A DNA stretch of 64,000 nucleotides from Pseudomonadota bacterium (GTDB lineage: Bacteria > Myxococcota > JACRCW01 > JAFGSX01). Under the pieces are notes generated by a model. That model was not told where the DNA came from. It did not search any database and saw nothing but the letters and a program-made list of their open reading frames with translations. Within the stretch, counting starts at the first letter, position 1. Every line of letters starts with the position of its first letter. The translations under genes were made by a program, and so were the position numbers. Below, one piece after another: positions 1 through 8,930 of this stretch. The DNA lies in contig JBDRCO010000132.1 in NCBI GenBank assembly GCA_043821645.1, positions 1-64,000 on the forward strand, given 5' to 3'.

Positions 1-3
1 GGT

Positions 4-912
4 TCACTGCACCTCGTGGTTGGCGCCGCGCTTGGCTTCGAGGGCCCGGCGGATGTCCGGCGTCTGCACCTCGAAGCTGGCGCCGCAGAAGTCGCAGCGC
101 ACCCCGGCCACCTCCCCGCTCTCCACCATGGATTGCAGCTCATCGAGGTCGAGCATCTGCAGGGCAGATACCACGCGCTCGTAGGAGCAGCGGCAGCGCC
201 AGCGCAGGGGGAGCGAGGCCTCAAGCTGCTCGGCCCCGGGCACCAGGGCGTGCAGCAGAGCCGTGGCGTCGTCGAGAGGATCGCCAAGCACCTGCGTCAG
301 CAGCCCGTCGTCGAGCATGGTGCGGTAGTTCAGCAGCAGCGCCTCGTCGCCGCCAGGCAGCAGCTGGAGCAGCACCCCGGCCGCCTTGAGCACCTGGCCG
401 CTGTCGTCGAGGAGCACGTCACAGCGCAGCAGACTGGGAACCTGATCGGAGGCCTCCAGGAAGTGCTCGACGTCGAGATCGATCTCTCCCGAGATCAGGT
501 CGGTGGTGCTCTGCACGAAGGAACCCTGGGGCGGCTGACGCGTCCCCGCGAGCACACCCTGGCCCACGCCCAGCGCCACCGAGCGTCGGCGCTCGGGGCC
601 ACCGGCGTTCATCTGCGGCAGATCCAGATCGACATGGCGAATGAAGCCACGCAGGTCCCCGTGCTCGTTGACCTCGGCGTAGATGTTGGCCAGGCGGCCC
701 TGACACACGACCTGCAAGCTGGTGTTGCCGGGAGTGTTGCGCATCAGACCGGTGAGCGCAGAAGCTGTGAGGAGGCGCCCCAGTGCCACCGCGGACGAGC
801 TGGCCAGGCCGTGGGACTGCTGCGCGGCGCGCACCGTGTCGGTGGTCACGGCCACGGCCACGGCAAGCTGGGGCTGGCGCAACTGGGCGCTGACGAAGGC
901 ATCGACCGACAT
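4..912 (-). CDS. hslO: Hsp33 family redox-regulated chaperone
   Basis: N-terminal 'ALGRLLTASAL', 'AAGVLLQLLPG' and the C-terminal zinc switch CRC...CDFC. Start at 912 (MSVDAF) is a choice; the ORF extends to 951. Confidence 0.9.
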   Translation of the reverse strand: MSVDAFVSAQLRQPQLAVAVAVTTDTVRAAQQSHGLASSSAVALGRLLTASALTGLMRNTPGNTSLQVVCQGRLANIYAEVNEHGDLRGFIRHVDLDLPQMNAGGPERRRSVALGVGQGVLAGTRQPPQGSFVQSTTDLISGEIDLDVEHFLEASDQVPSLLRCDVLLDDSGQVLKAAGVLLQLLPGGDEALLLNYRTMLDDGLLTQVLGDPLDDATALLHALVPGAEQLEASLPLRWRCRCSYERVVSALQMLDLDELQSMVESGEVAGVRCDFCGASFEVQTPDIRRALEAKRGANHEVQ

Positions 913-988
913 GAGGCAGGCATCCATGCGCGACCCCGTGCGGAGGGTCAAGTCAAAGCAGCGCGCGGGCTTCCCGGCAGGCCCGGAT

Positions 989-1615
989 TCATGGGGTGAC
1001 GTGCAGGATGCCGTGCAACACCAGGTCCGCGACCTCGTCGGTGCGCTCGGTCAGGCGCGGCGGGTTGTCATCGTGGAACCAGTGAAAAGTATTCGCCATG
1101 AGAGCACCGAGCAGCAGGCTCGCGCAGGCCTCGGTATTGGATCGGGGGAGCTCGCCGCGGGCCAGGGCATCATCGAAAAATCGTTGCACGAACTGGTGCA
1201 TCAGATCTTGCTGGGCCCGGGCCCGTCCGCCCATGTCCTTGCCCATGCTCAGGCCGCCGGACCACTGTAGCAATGCGAAGAAGCGAAAGTGATCGCGGTG
1301 CTCGTCGGCAAACTGGAACAGCCTGTGGACCAGGGCGTGCAGTCGCAGGGACAGGTCCCCCTCGGGCAAGGGGGTGGCCATGTTGTCCTGAAACGCCTCG
1401 AACACATCCTGGGACAGGTCGAGGAACAGCGCGTCCTTGTTCTCGAAGTAGTTGTACAGGGACCCCGCAGAGAACTCCGCAAGCTGGGCGATCTCCTGGA
1501 TCGTCGCCTCGTGAAAGCCCTTCTGGGTGAAGACCTGGGCGGCCGCGCGCAGCAGTTCCTTGCGCGTGCGCTCGCGGCGTTTGTCCTTCGGGCTCTGGTT
1601 TGCGTCGTCGTTCAT
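989..1615 (-). CDS. TetR/AcrR family transcriptional regulator
   Basis: HTH 'AAAQVFTQKGFHEATIQEIA...GSLYNYFENKDALF'. ATG at 1615 preferred; alternative at 1630. Confidence 0.92.
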   Translation of the reverse strand: MNDDANQSPKDKRRERTRKELLRAAAQVFTQKGFHEATIQEIAQLAEFSAGSLYNYFENKDALFLDLSQDVFEAFQDNMATPLPEGDLSLRLHALVHRLFQFADEHRDHFRFFALLQWSGGLSMGKDMGGRARAQQDLMHQFVQRFFDDALARGELPRSNTEACASLLLGALMANTFHWFHDDNPPRLTERTDEVADLVLHGILHVTP

Positions 1616-1619
1616 TTTC

Positions 1620-1633
1620 TGAATGTGCATTCA
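1620..1633. promoter_or_regulatory. Palindrome TGAATG-TG-CATTCA, candidate TetR autoregulatory operator
   Basis: Perfect 6-bp inverted repeat with a 2-nt spacer immediately upstream of the TetR ATG at 1615. Confidence 0.55.
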
Positions 1634-1889
1634 TAACGAGAGCGGAGCGGTCTCGCAAGGCCAGTGCAGTGAGAAACTACTGGGACCCGAGTTCCAGCAA
1701 CCCGGCGCGAACTCCGGCCTTTTCGTAAACTTCCGGCACATGCGCGGACTTGCACCGCAGATCCTGGTGACCCTGCAGGTCTCGGCGAGGGCCTGCTGGC
1801 GTGGTGGAGACGAGCGCGGGAACCAAGCGCCCCACCGTGGCGCCGTGCCGTGGGATGCCCCGGCTGGTGCGGCTGGTCGGGGGGAGAAC

Positions 1890-2606
1890 TCAGGCAGACG
1901 ACGAAGGCCCCATGTGCTGGCCCTTGTCCACGCGCAGGCGGCGCTCGAGGGCGTCGCGGGCCACGGCGCCAGCCACATAGTGACCGTCATGGGACACCGA
2001 GACCTGCACGTCCAGCAGCATGGTGGGGGCCGTGAAGCACAGGCTGTCGTCGTCACGGGTGGCGATGCCCACCGTTCCCAGCGGTGCATCGAACAGGGTC
2101 TCCGCAGCACTCACCGCGGCCAGTCGCGCCGCCAGGGAGACCTCGGGCTGCGGCTTGCGCCGGACCTCGTCGTGCGTTCGCAGATCCAGCGGATCGCGTA
2201 TGGAGAGCGCCTGGCGCAGGTTGCGCACCGTGACGACGGCATCATAAGCCGGGAGATCTCCGGGCATGGCCACAGCCAGGGCCCAGCTCATGTCGTGGGC
2301 ACGGCCGCAGTTCACCGCCACCCACGAGATCCCGGACGCCACCAGGCGGGCCTCGAACAGCTGCGATCGCGGAATGGCCGCATGTCCTCCGCGGACGCGC
2401 GTGATCGAGAAGCTCGCAGCATGAAAGACGGAGAGCCCACCCACGGCCTTGACCACGGCCTCCTTGGCGGCGAACAGCGCCGCGTCATCGAAGTCCTTGC
2501 CCCGCTCCTCGTCGCGCAGGATGCGGTGCAGGCGCGCTGGGAACCGCTCCGTCAAGCGCGAAACCCGCTGCACCGAGATGAGATCGACGCCGACGCGAAG
2601 GCCCAT
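1890..2606 (-). CDS. 4'-phosphopantetheinyl transferase (AcpS-like) with two tandem AcpS-type halves
   Basis: First half 'VGVDLI...FAAKEAVVKA'; second half 'LAARLAAVSAA...VSVSHDGHYVAG'. Confidence 0.7.
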   Translation of the reverse strand: MGLRVGVDLISVQRVSRLTERFPARLHRILRDEERGKDFDDAALFAAKEAVVKAVGGLSVFHAASFSITRVRGGHAAIPRSQLFEARLVASGISWVAVNCGRAHDMSWALAVAMPGDLPAYDAVVTVRNLRQALSIRDPLDLRTHDEVRRKPQPEVSLAARLAAVSAAETLFDAPLGTVGIATRDDDSLCFTAPTMLLDVQVSVSHDGHYVAGAVARDALERRLRVDKGQHMGPSSSA

Positions 2607-2761
2607 GGCTGGAGCTCCCTGCTCCGCATATTGTGGCAGGTTCGCGCGCCGGCAGCGAGACGATGCTGCGCCACACCGCGACCGCCGGCAGGGTGCTGCG
2701 AGCGTGTCACGTCCCGGTGCGCATCCCGGAGGGGAGCAGGTGGCGGAGAATCACACGATCG

Positions 2762-4804
2762 TCATGGCGCTTTGTCGCGAGCCGGCGCATCGGCGGCGCG
2801 GGTCCCGGTCGCCGCCTCGGATTCCGTACCGGAGGAGAGGTCCTGCATGCGAACGGTGCTCCTCAGCTGCGCCACCACGCGCGCGGCCAGCGCTGCGCCC
2901 ACGCCCTGGACCTCGGCCACGGCCGTGACCTCCGCGTCCCGAAGCCGGCGCACACTGCCAAAATGCCGCAGCAGTCGCCGACGGAGCACGGGCCCCAGGC
3001 CCGGGATCTGGTCGAGCGCGCTGCCCAGGCTACGCCGTGAGCGCTTGGTCCTGTGGTAGGTGATCGCGAAACGATGGGCCTCGTCACGGATCCGCGACAC
3101 CAGAGCACACTCGACGCTGTGCGGCGGCAGAGCGATGGCCTCCTTGCGACCGATGACGAACACGCGCTCGTCGGAGCGCACCGCCACATCGTCCCCCCGC
3201 TGGGTGGCAGGCGCGAGCCGGCTCTTGGCGATGGAGGCCAGCCACAGATCCTGCATCCCCAGGTCCCGGCACGCCGCCTGAGCCACGGCAAGCTGCCCCT
3301 TGCCACCGTCGACGATGAGCAGATCGGGCAGATCGTCCTCGCGCAGACCACGGCGCAGCCTGCGCACCAAGGCCTCATGGAGCATGGCGAAGTCGTCCTG
3401 CCCCTCCACGGTCCGGATGGCATAGCGGCGGTATCCCGACGGATCGGGTTCACCGTCGACGAAGCGCACCCTGCTGGCCACGGCACTCTGTCCCTGCAGC
3501 GTCGACACGTCGAAGCACTCGATGCGGCGCGGGATCGAGGGCAGGCGCAGTCGGCGCGCGAGAGCCTCGAGCGCACCCAGCCGCTGGGTCTCCTGGCGCA
3601 GCTTGTCGTCGAGAGCACGGCGGGCATTGGTGGTGGCCACCTCGACCAGCTGCCTGGCGTCACCCCGCCGGGGCACCTTGAGCTGGGGCGTCCGGCGCCC
3701 GCCCTGTCGCCCGCCGCGTTCGCGCAGCCAGGCGCGCAGGGCCGCGGCATCCTGGGGCTCCCACGGTACCAGGATCTCGTCGGGCAAGGCGGCGTCGTCC
3801 TGGTCGCCATAGAACTGCACCAGCACGCTGGACAGCAGCTCCGCATCGGGTGCGACCTGATCCTGAAACAGATGCAGGCGGGGTGCTCCCAGCACGTTAC
3901 GGCGCTGTGGCACCACGGCCAGGGCCAGCAGCGGGCCGTCGCGAACCAGCCCGAACGCATCGCGGTCGATCAGACGGCCACCAGGAGCCGCATGCACGGC
4001 CAGGGCCGCCTCGACCGCCTGTAACTGGTCGCGGAGACGAGCGGCGGTCTCGAATTCCAGATGAGTGCTCGCCTCCTGCATGCGCCCCCGCAGACTGGCC
4101 ACCAGCTCGTCGGGAGCGCCACCGAGCAGCAGCATCACGTCGTCGACCTGTCGCTGGTAGTTGTCGTGAGGAACCTCCAGCACACAAGGTCCAGGACAGC
4201 GGTGCATCTGGTACAGAATGCAAGGCCGGCGACGCGAGGCGAAGGTGCGGTCGCTGCAGGTCCGCAGCCCGAAGTGCCGGTTGAGAAGGCGGAGGGTCTC
4301 GCGAGCCTGCGCCGCCGAGGTATAGGGCCCGAAGTACCGCGCACCGTCCTTGTGTGGCCGCCTGGTCACGGTGACGCGGGGGTAGAGATCGCTGCGCGCT
4401 GCGGCCTGGCCTCGACGCGTGGCCTCGAGTCCTCTCAGGTCGATGCGCAGACTCAGGAAGTTCTTGTCGTCGCGCAGCCTCACGTTGTACCGGGGCCGGT
4501 GCTGCTTGATCAGGGCGTTCTCGAGCAGCAAGGCCTCGCGTTCATCGCGCACCACCACCAGCTCGATGTCCTCGAGGATCTGGTCCAGCAACTGCACGAA
4601 AGCCCGGCCATCACCACTGGCGCGAAAGTAGGAACGGACCCGCGACCTCAGGTCGATGGCCTTGCCCACGTAGAAGATCTCGCCGCGGCGATTCTTCATC
4701 AGGTAGACGCCGGGCGCCTCGGGCAGGTGCTGCAGAATGCTGTGCAGACGCTCGGAAGCCGGTGCCCGTTTGCCTGAAGAATCCACCGTCATGCTCCCCA
4801 GCAT
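2762..4804 (-). CDS. uvrC: Excinuclease ABC subunit C
   Basis: GIY-YIG 'PGVYLM...YVGKA', UVR motif 'FETAARLRD', RNase H-like 'IECFDVS...VDGGKGQ', 'RDEAHRFA', C-terminal HhH. Confidence 0.97.
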   Translation of the reverse strand: MLGSMTVDSSGKRAPASERLHSILQHLPEAPGVYLMKNRRGEIFYVGKAIDLRSRVRSYFRASGDGRAFVQLLDQILEDIELVVVRDEREALLLENALIKQHRPRYNVRLRDDKNFLSLRIDLRGLEATRRGQAAARSDLYPRVTVTRRPHKDGARYFGPYTSAAQARETLRLLNRHFGLRTCSDRTFASRRRPCILYQMHRCPGPCVLEVPHDNYQRQVDDVMLLLGGAPDELVASLRGRMQEASTHLEFETAARLRDQLQAVEAALAVHAAPGGRLIDRDAFGLVRDGPLLALAVVPQRRNVLGAPRLHLFQDQVAPDAELLSSVLVQFYGDQDDAALPDEILVPWEPQDAAALRAWLRERGGRQGGRRTPQLKVPRRGDARQLVEVATTNARRALDDKLRQETQRLGALEALARRLRLPSIPRRIECFDVSTLQGQSAVASRVRFVDGEPDPSGYRRYAIRTVEGQDDFAMLHEALVRRLRRGLREDDLPDLLIVDGGKGQLAVAQAACRDLGMQDLWLASIAKSRLAPATQRGDDVAVRSDERVFVIGRKEAIALPPHSVECALVSRIRDEAHRFAITYHRTKRSRRSLGSALDQIPGLGPVLRRRLLRHFGSVRRLRDAEVTAVAEVQGVGAALAARVVAQLRSTVRMQDLSSGTESEAATGTRAADAPARDKAP

Positions 4805-4908
4805 AGCGACGCCTACCGGGCCAGCAAGGTCCGGCGCGCCTGCCCCGTCCGGGAGCCCCTTCGAGAGCCCCCTGTGGCTGCTGGATCTCCAGCTGCTTTT
4901 TCGTCATC

Positions 4909-6096
4909 ATGCGTCCTGGAGCTGGAGGAGCTTTGACCGAAACGCCCGTTCGTGTGCTCGTGATCGACGACGACGAGATGATCCTGAGCGCGCTCAGCAA
5001 GCTGCTGGCACGCCGGGGCTACTCGGTGGAGACGGCGGTGCGCCCCGAGCTCGCCCTGGAGCGGGTGCGCCAGACAGCCGGAACAGCCGAGGGCTTCGAT
5101 GTCGTCCTGTGCGACTACCGCATGCCGGGCATGGTCGGCAGCGAAGTGCTCTCGATGGTGGCCTCGATCTGCCCGGACACCGCGCGCCTGTTGATCACCG
5201 CCAACACCGACTTCGAGACCGTGCAGGACGCGGTCAACCGCGGGGGCATTCACCGGGTGCTGGGCAAGCCCTGGAAGCCCGCCGATCTGTTTGCTGCGGT
5301 CGACGAGGGCGCCAAGCTCGCCCGCTTGCAGCACGAGAACCGCGAACTCGACCACGCCGTGCACAAGCAAAACGAGCTACTCAAGCGGATGAACGAGCAC
5401 CTCGACCACCTGGTGAGCCAGCGCACGACCGATCTGCTGGAAGGTCTGATCTCGGCCCTGGACTTCCGGGATACCGAGACGCAGTGGCACTCCCGCCGGG
5501 TGTCGCTCTATGCGCGGCGACTGGGTGAGCAGATTGGACTGGGGGGCACGGAGCTGATCGCGGTGTCCCAGGGCTCGCTGCTGCACGACATCGGCAAGAT
5601 CGGGGTTCGCGACAGCGTCCTGCTCAAGCCTGGCAAGCTCTCGGCAGAAGAATGGGAGGAGATGAAGACCCACGTTCGCATTGGCTTCGAGATCCTCACC
5701 CCCATCGCCTTCTTGAGGGACGCCAGCTCCCTCGTTCTGGATCACCACGAGCGCTTCGACGGCACCGGTTATCCGCAGGGGACGCGGGGGCAAGACATCT
5801 GCATCGGAGCGCGGATCTTCGGCGTGGTCGACACCTTTGACGCCATGACCAGCGACCGGCCCTATCGCAAGGGTCTGAGCCCCGAGCAGGCCTACGCCGA
5901 GATCCGGCGTTGCTCCGGGACCCAGTTCGATCCCGACGTCGCGGCAGCCTTTGTCGAGGCCCCAGCCTCGGTGTGGCTCGATATCCGGCACGAGGTCAGC
6001 CGTTTCGCCGACGAGCGCTCGTCACAGCTGAAATCCGTGGCACCGCGAGAACGAAACGATGATGCGGGGCCCGCCGTGGGCCTGGCCGTTTCCTGA
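4909..6096 (+). CDS. Response regulator with HD-GYP c-di-GMP phosphodiesterase domain
   Basis: REC 'VIDDD...CDYRMP...KPW'; 'HDIGK' and 'HHERFDGTGYP'. Confidence 0.93.
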   Translation: MRPGAGGALTETPVRVLVIDDDEMILSALSKLLARRGYSVETAVRPELALERVRQTAGTAEGFDVVLCDYRMPGMVGSEVLSMVASICPDTARLLITANTDFETVQDAVNRGGIHRVLGKPWKPADLFAAVDEGAKLARLQHENRELDHAVHKQNELLKRMNEHLDHLVSQRTTDLLEGLISALDFRDTETQWHSRRVSLYARRLGEQIGLGGTELIAVSQGSLLHDIGKIGVRDSVLLKPGKLSAEEWEEMKTHVRIGFEILTPIAFLRDASSLVLDHHERFDGTGYPQGTRGQDICIGARIFGVVDTFDAMTSDRPYRKGLSPEQAYAEIRRCSGTQFDPDVAAAFVEAPASVWLDIRHEVSRFADERSSQLKSVAPRERNDDAGPAVGLAVS

Positions 6097-6161
6097 GGTC
6101 CAGGCGTTGACGACGGAGCTGTCGGAACGCTAGAAGAGGCATCCAGGATCGGAGGTCAAGC

Positions 6162-6446
6162 GTGTATCTGGGCCGTGTCATCGGCAGTGTGGTGGCCACG
6201 CAGAAGGTGCCCGGTTTGCAGGGCATCAAGCTTCTGGTGGTGCAGCCCCTGGACCATGACCTGCAGCCGACGCGCGAGCCCGAGGTGGCCTGTGACACGG
6301 TGCAGGCCGGCCCGGGGGACCTGGTCTCCCTGGTCGGGAGTCGCGAGGCCGCCCTGGCGCTCGAAGACTGGTTCGTTCCTGTGGATGCGAGCATCATCGG
6401 CATCGTCGATCGCGTCGATACGGTCCAGCACGGAGGTCCGGCATGA
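6162..6446 (+). CDS. EutN/CcmL family BMC vertex (BMC-P) protein
   Basis: '[15 protein letters not shown]...[11 protein letters not shown]...DASIIGIVD'; GGAGG upstream. Confidence 0.92.
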   Translation: MYLGRVIGSVVATQKVPGLQGIKLLVVQPLDHDLQPTREPEVACDTVQAGPGDLVSLVGSREAALALEDWFVPVDASIIGIVDRVDTVQHGGPA

Positions 6447-6742
6447 GGCTGTGCCGCGTGCTGGGAACGGTCACCCAGACTGCCAAGCACCCGAGCTACA
6501 TCGGGCAGAAGCTGATGGTCGTGCAGGCGCTGCAGACCGATGGTGGGCCTGCAGGGTCTTCCTTCCTCGCCGTGGATCGCGTCCAGGCCGGTGCCGGCGA
6601 CCTGGTCCTGGTCATGTCCGAGGGCAATGGCGTGCGCCAGCTCTTTTCAAGGGATCAGCTCCCGATCCGCAGCATCATCATCGGCATCGTCGATGAAGTG
6701 AGCCTCTCCCCAGAGAGTCGAGCGGGCACGGCGTTTTCATGA
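6443..6742 (+). CDS. EutN/CcmL family BMC vertex (BMC-P) protein, second paralogue
   Basis: '[12 protein letters not shown]...[15 protein letters not shown]...IIGIVD'; ATGA overlap with the upstream gene. Confidence 0.92.
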   Translation: MRLCRVLGTVTQTAKHPSYIGQKLMVVQALQTDGGPAGSSFLAVDRVQAGAGDLVLVMSEGNGVRQLFSRDQLPIRSIIIGIVDEVSLSPESRAGTAFS

Positions 6743-7410
6743 TCGATCGCAAGCGCCAGGACGAGCTTGCCCATTATTGCCGCCTGATCCACAGCAGCGG
6801 CTGGGTCGCCAACCACGACGGAAATCTCTCGGTCCGCGACGACGATGGGCGCTTTGTGGCCACACCCACGTCCTGGTCCAAGCGACTGGTCGAGGTCGAG
6901 GACCTGCTGGTCGTCGATCGCACAGGCAAGGTCCTGCGCGGCCGCCACCGCCTGTTCGGCGAGTGGCAGCTCCATCGCGCGGTGTACGATGCCCGGCCCG
7001 ACGCACGTGCCGTGATCCACGCCCATCCACCGGTATCCACCGGCTTCGCCCTGGCAGGAGTCACGCTGGGGCGCCCGGTCACCGCCGAGCTCCTGGTTTC
7101 CCTCGGCCCCGAGATCCCGACGGTGCCTTTTACGGCACCTGGCAGCGAGGAACTCGAGCGCGCGGTTGGAAGCTATGCCGAGTGGGCAGACGTGATGCTG
7201 CTCGACCACCACGGCGTGCTCAGCCTGGGCAACGATCTCGAGCAGGCCTTCCTGCGCCTGGAACTCGTCGAACACTATGCCCGCCAGGTGCTGGTCGCCC
7301 GCCAGCTGGGTGGAGAACGCGGGTTGCCAGAAGCCGTGCACGCCCCCCTGCTCGCGGCGCGCACCCGTGCGGGTCTCGGACCCGAAGCCCGTGGCCAGCA
7401 TCGCGACTGA
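6739..7410 (+). CDS. Class II aldolase/adducin family (FucA-like) protein
   Basis: 'DGNLSVR', 'TPT..SK', 'E..LH..VY', 'VIHAHP', 'LLDHHGVL'; ATGA overlap. Confidence 0.9.
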   Translation: MIDRKRQDELAHYCRLIHSSGWVANHDGNLSVRDDDGRFVATPTSWSKRLVEVEDLLVVDRTGKVLRGRHRLFGEWQLHRAVYDARPDARAVIHAHPPVSTGFALAGVTLGRPVTAELLVSLGPEIPTVPFTAPGSEELERAVGSYAEWADVMLLDHHGVLSLGNDLEQAFLRLELVEHYARQVLVARQLGGERGLPEAVHAPLLAARTRAGLGPEARGQHRD

Positions 7411-7433
7411 CACCCTGACGACGGAGAACTCGC

Positions 7434-8930
7434 ATGTCGGATCCGAGACCGGTCTCTCCGTCACCTTTCTCGGAAGCCAGTCAGCCCGCCGACACCGGCA
7501 AGGCCGATCTCCGCGCTTTCTTTGATGGGCTCGCCTCAGCCCACGATACCTGGCGCAGACGGCACCGGCTCTACTACACCGAGCAGACAGCGGTGATTCG
7601 CCGCTTCGTCGATCCAGGACTGCGCGTGCTCGAGGTGGGTTGTGGGACCGGAGACACCCTGGCGGCCATGCAACCGGCGGTCGGACTGGGACTGGATCTG
7701 TCACCCGCGATGATCGACCGCGCGCGCCGAAAGCACCCCGGGCTCCGCTTCGAGGTCATGGACGCGGAGCAGCTGGACCTAGGTGGCGAAACCTTCGACG
7801 TCGTCGTGATGGCCGATCTCGTCGGAGAGTTGCACGACCTGTGGGCTGCGTTTCGCGCGCTGCGCAAGGTGGTGCGCCCACACACGCGGATCATCATCAC
7901 CTACTACAACTTTCTATGGCAGCCTCTGATCGAGGTCGCGCAGCGACTCGGTATCAAGCGACCGCAGATGGTGCAGAACTGGTTCACCCTGGACGACATC
8001 GAGAATCTGTTCTCGCTCAACGGTTTTGAAAGGGTCACCAGCGGCGACAGGTTGCTGCTGCCTGTGCCCGTCCCGGGACTCGAGACCCTGGCCAATCGCG
8101 TGGGTGCCGCGCTGCCGGGTCTGCACGCCCTGAACCTGTTGCAGTACCAGGTGCTGCGACCGGGACCCGCGTTCGACGCCCGGGCGCAACCGCTGAGCTG
8201 CTCGGTGATCGTCCCAGCCAAGAACGAGCGGGGCAACATCCGGCCAGCCATCCGGCGCACACCGCGCATGGGACCGCGCACCGAACTCATCTTCGTCGAG
8301 GGCGGCAGCTCCGACGGCACCCGAGAGGAGATCCTGGCCGCCATCGCCGACGAGAAGAGCCCCTGCACGCTGCGCTTCGTTCCCCAGGGAGGCAAGGGCA
8401 AGGGCGATGCCGTGCGCACCGGCTTCGCCGAGGCCACGGGCGACGTGCTGATGATCCTGGACGCCGACCTGACGGTGATGCCCGAGGACCTGCCTCGGTT
8501 CTACCTGGCCATCGCCGAGGGGCGCGGTGAGTTCATCAATGGCTGCCGACTGGTCTATCCCCAGGAGGACCAGGCCATGCGCACGCTCAACCTCATCGCC
8601 AACAAGTTCTTTGGTAATGCCTTCAGCTACGTCCTCAACCAGCGCCTCAAGGACACCCTGTGCGGAACCAAGGTGCTGACCCGCGACAACTACCAACGCA
8701 TCGCGGACAATCGCCACGTGTTCGGAGAATTCGACCCCTTTGGGGATTTCGACCTGCTGTTCGGTGCAGCCCGGCTAGGCCTCCGTATCGTCGAGATGCC
8801 CGTGCGCTACCGCGCGCGAACTTACGGCAGCACCCAGATCCAGCGCTTCCGCCACGGACTGCTCCTGTTCGAGATGCTGGGTATGGCCGCCCACCGTTTC
8901 AGGTTCAACCGCTCCTTCCGGCCTGAGTGA
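7434..8930 (+). CDS. Class I SAM methyltransferase fused to a GT2 (DPM1-like) glycosyltransferase
   Basis: N-terminal 'VLEVGCGTG...GLDLS'; C-terminal 'SVIVPAKNE', 'GKGDAV', 'ILDADL', 'DTLCGTK'. Confidence 0.88.
   Translation: MSDPRPVSPSPFSEASQPADTGKADLRAFFDGLASAHDTWRRRHRLYYTEQTAVIRRFVDPGLRVLEVGCGTGDTLAAMQPAVGLGLDLSPAMIDRARRKHPGLRFEVMDAEQLDLGGETFDVVVMADLVGELHDLWAAFRALRKVVRPHTRIIITYYNFLWQPLIEVAQRLGIKRPQMVQNWFTLDDIENLFSLNGFERVTSGDRLLLPVPVPGLETLANRVGAALPGLHALNLLQYQVLRPGPAFDARAQPLSCSVIVPAKNERGNIRPAIRRTPRMGPRTELIFVEGGSSDGTREEILAAIADEKSPCTLRFVPQGGKGKGDAVRTGFAEATGDVLMILDADLTVMPEDLPRFYLAIAEGRGEFINGCRLVYPQEDQAMRTLNLIANKFFGNAFSYVLNQRLKDTLCGTKVLTRDNYQRIADNRHVFGEFDPFGDFDLLFGAARLGLRIVEMPVRYRARTYGSTQIQRFRHGLLLFEMLGMAAHRFRFNRSFRPE

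Noticed and set aside
1623-3059. 478-aa plus-strand ORF
   Set aside because: Overlaps the AcpS-like gene and uvrC on the opposite strand; Arg/Ala/Gly-rich non-protein-like composition.
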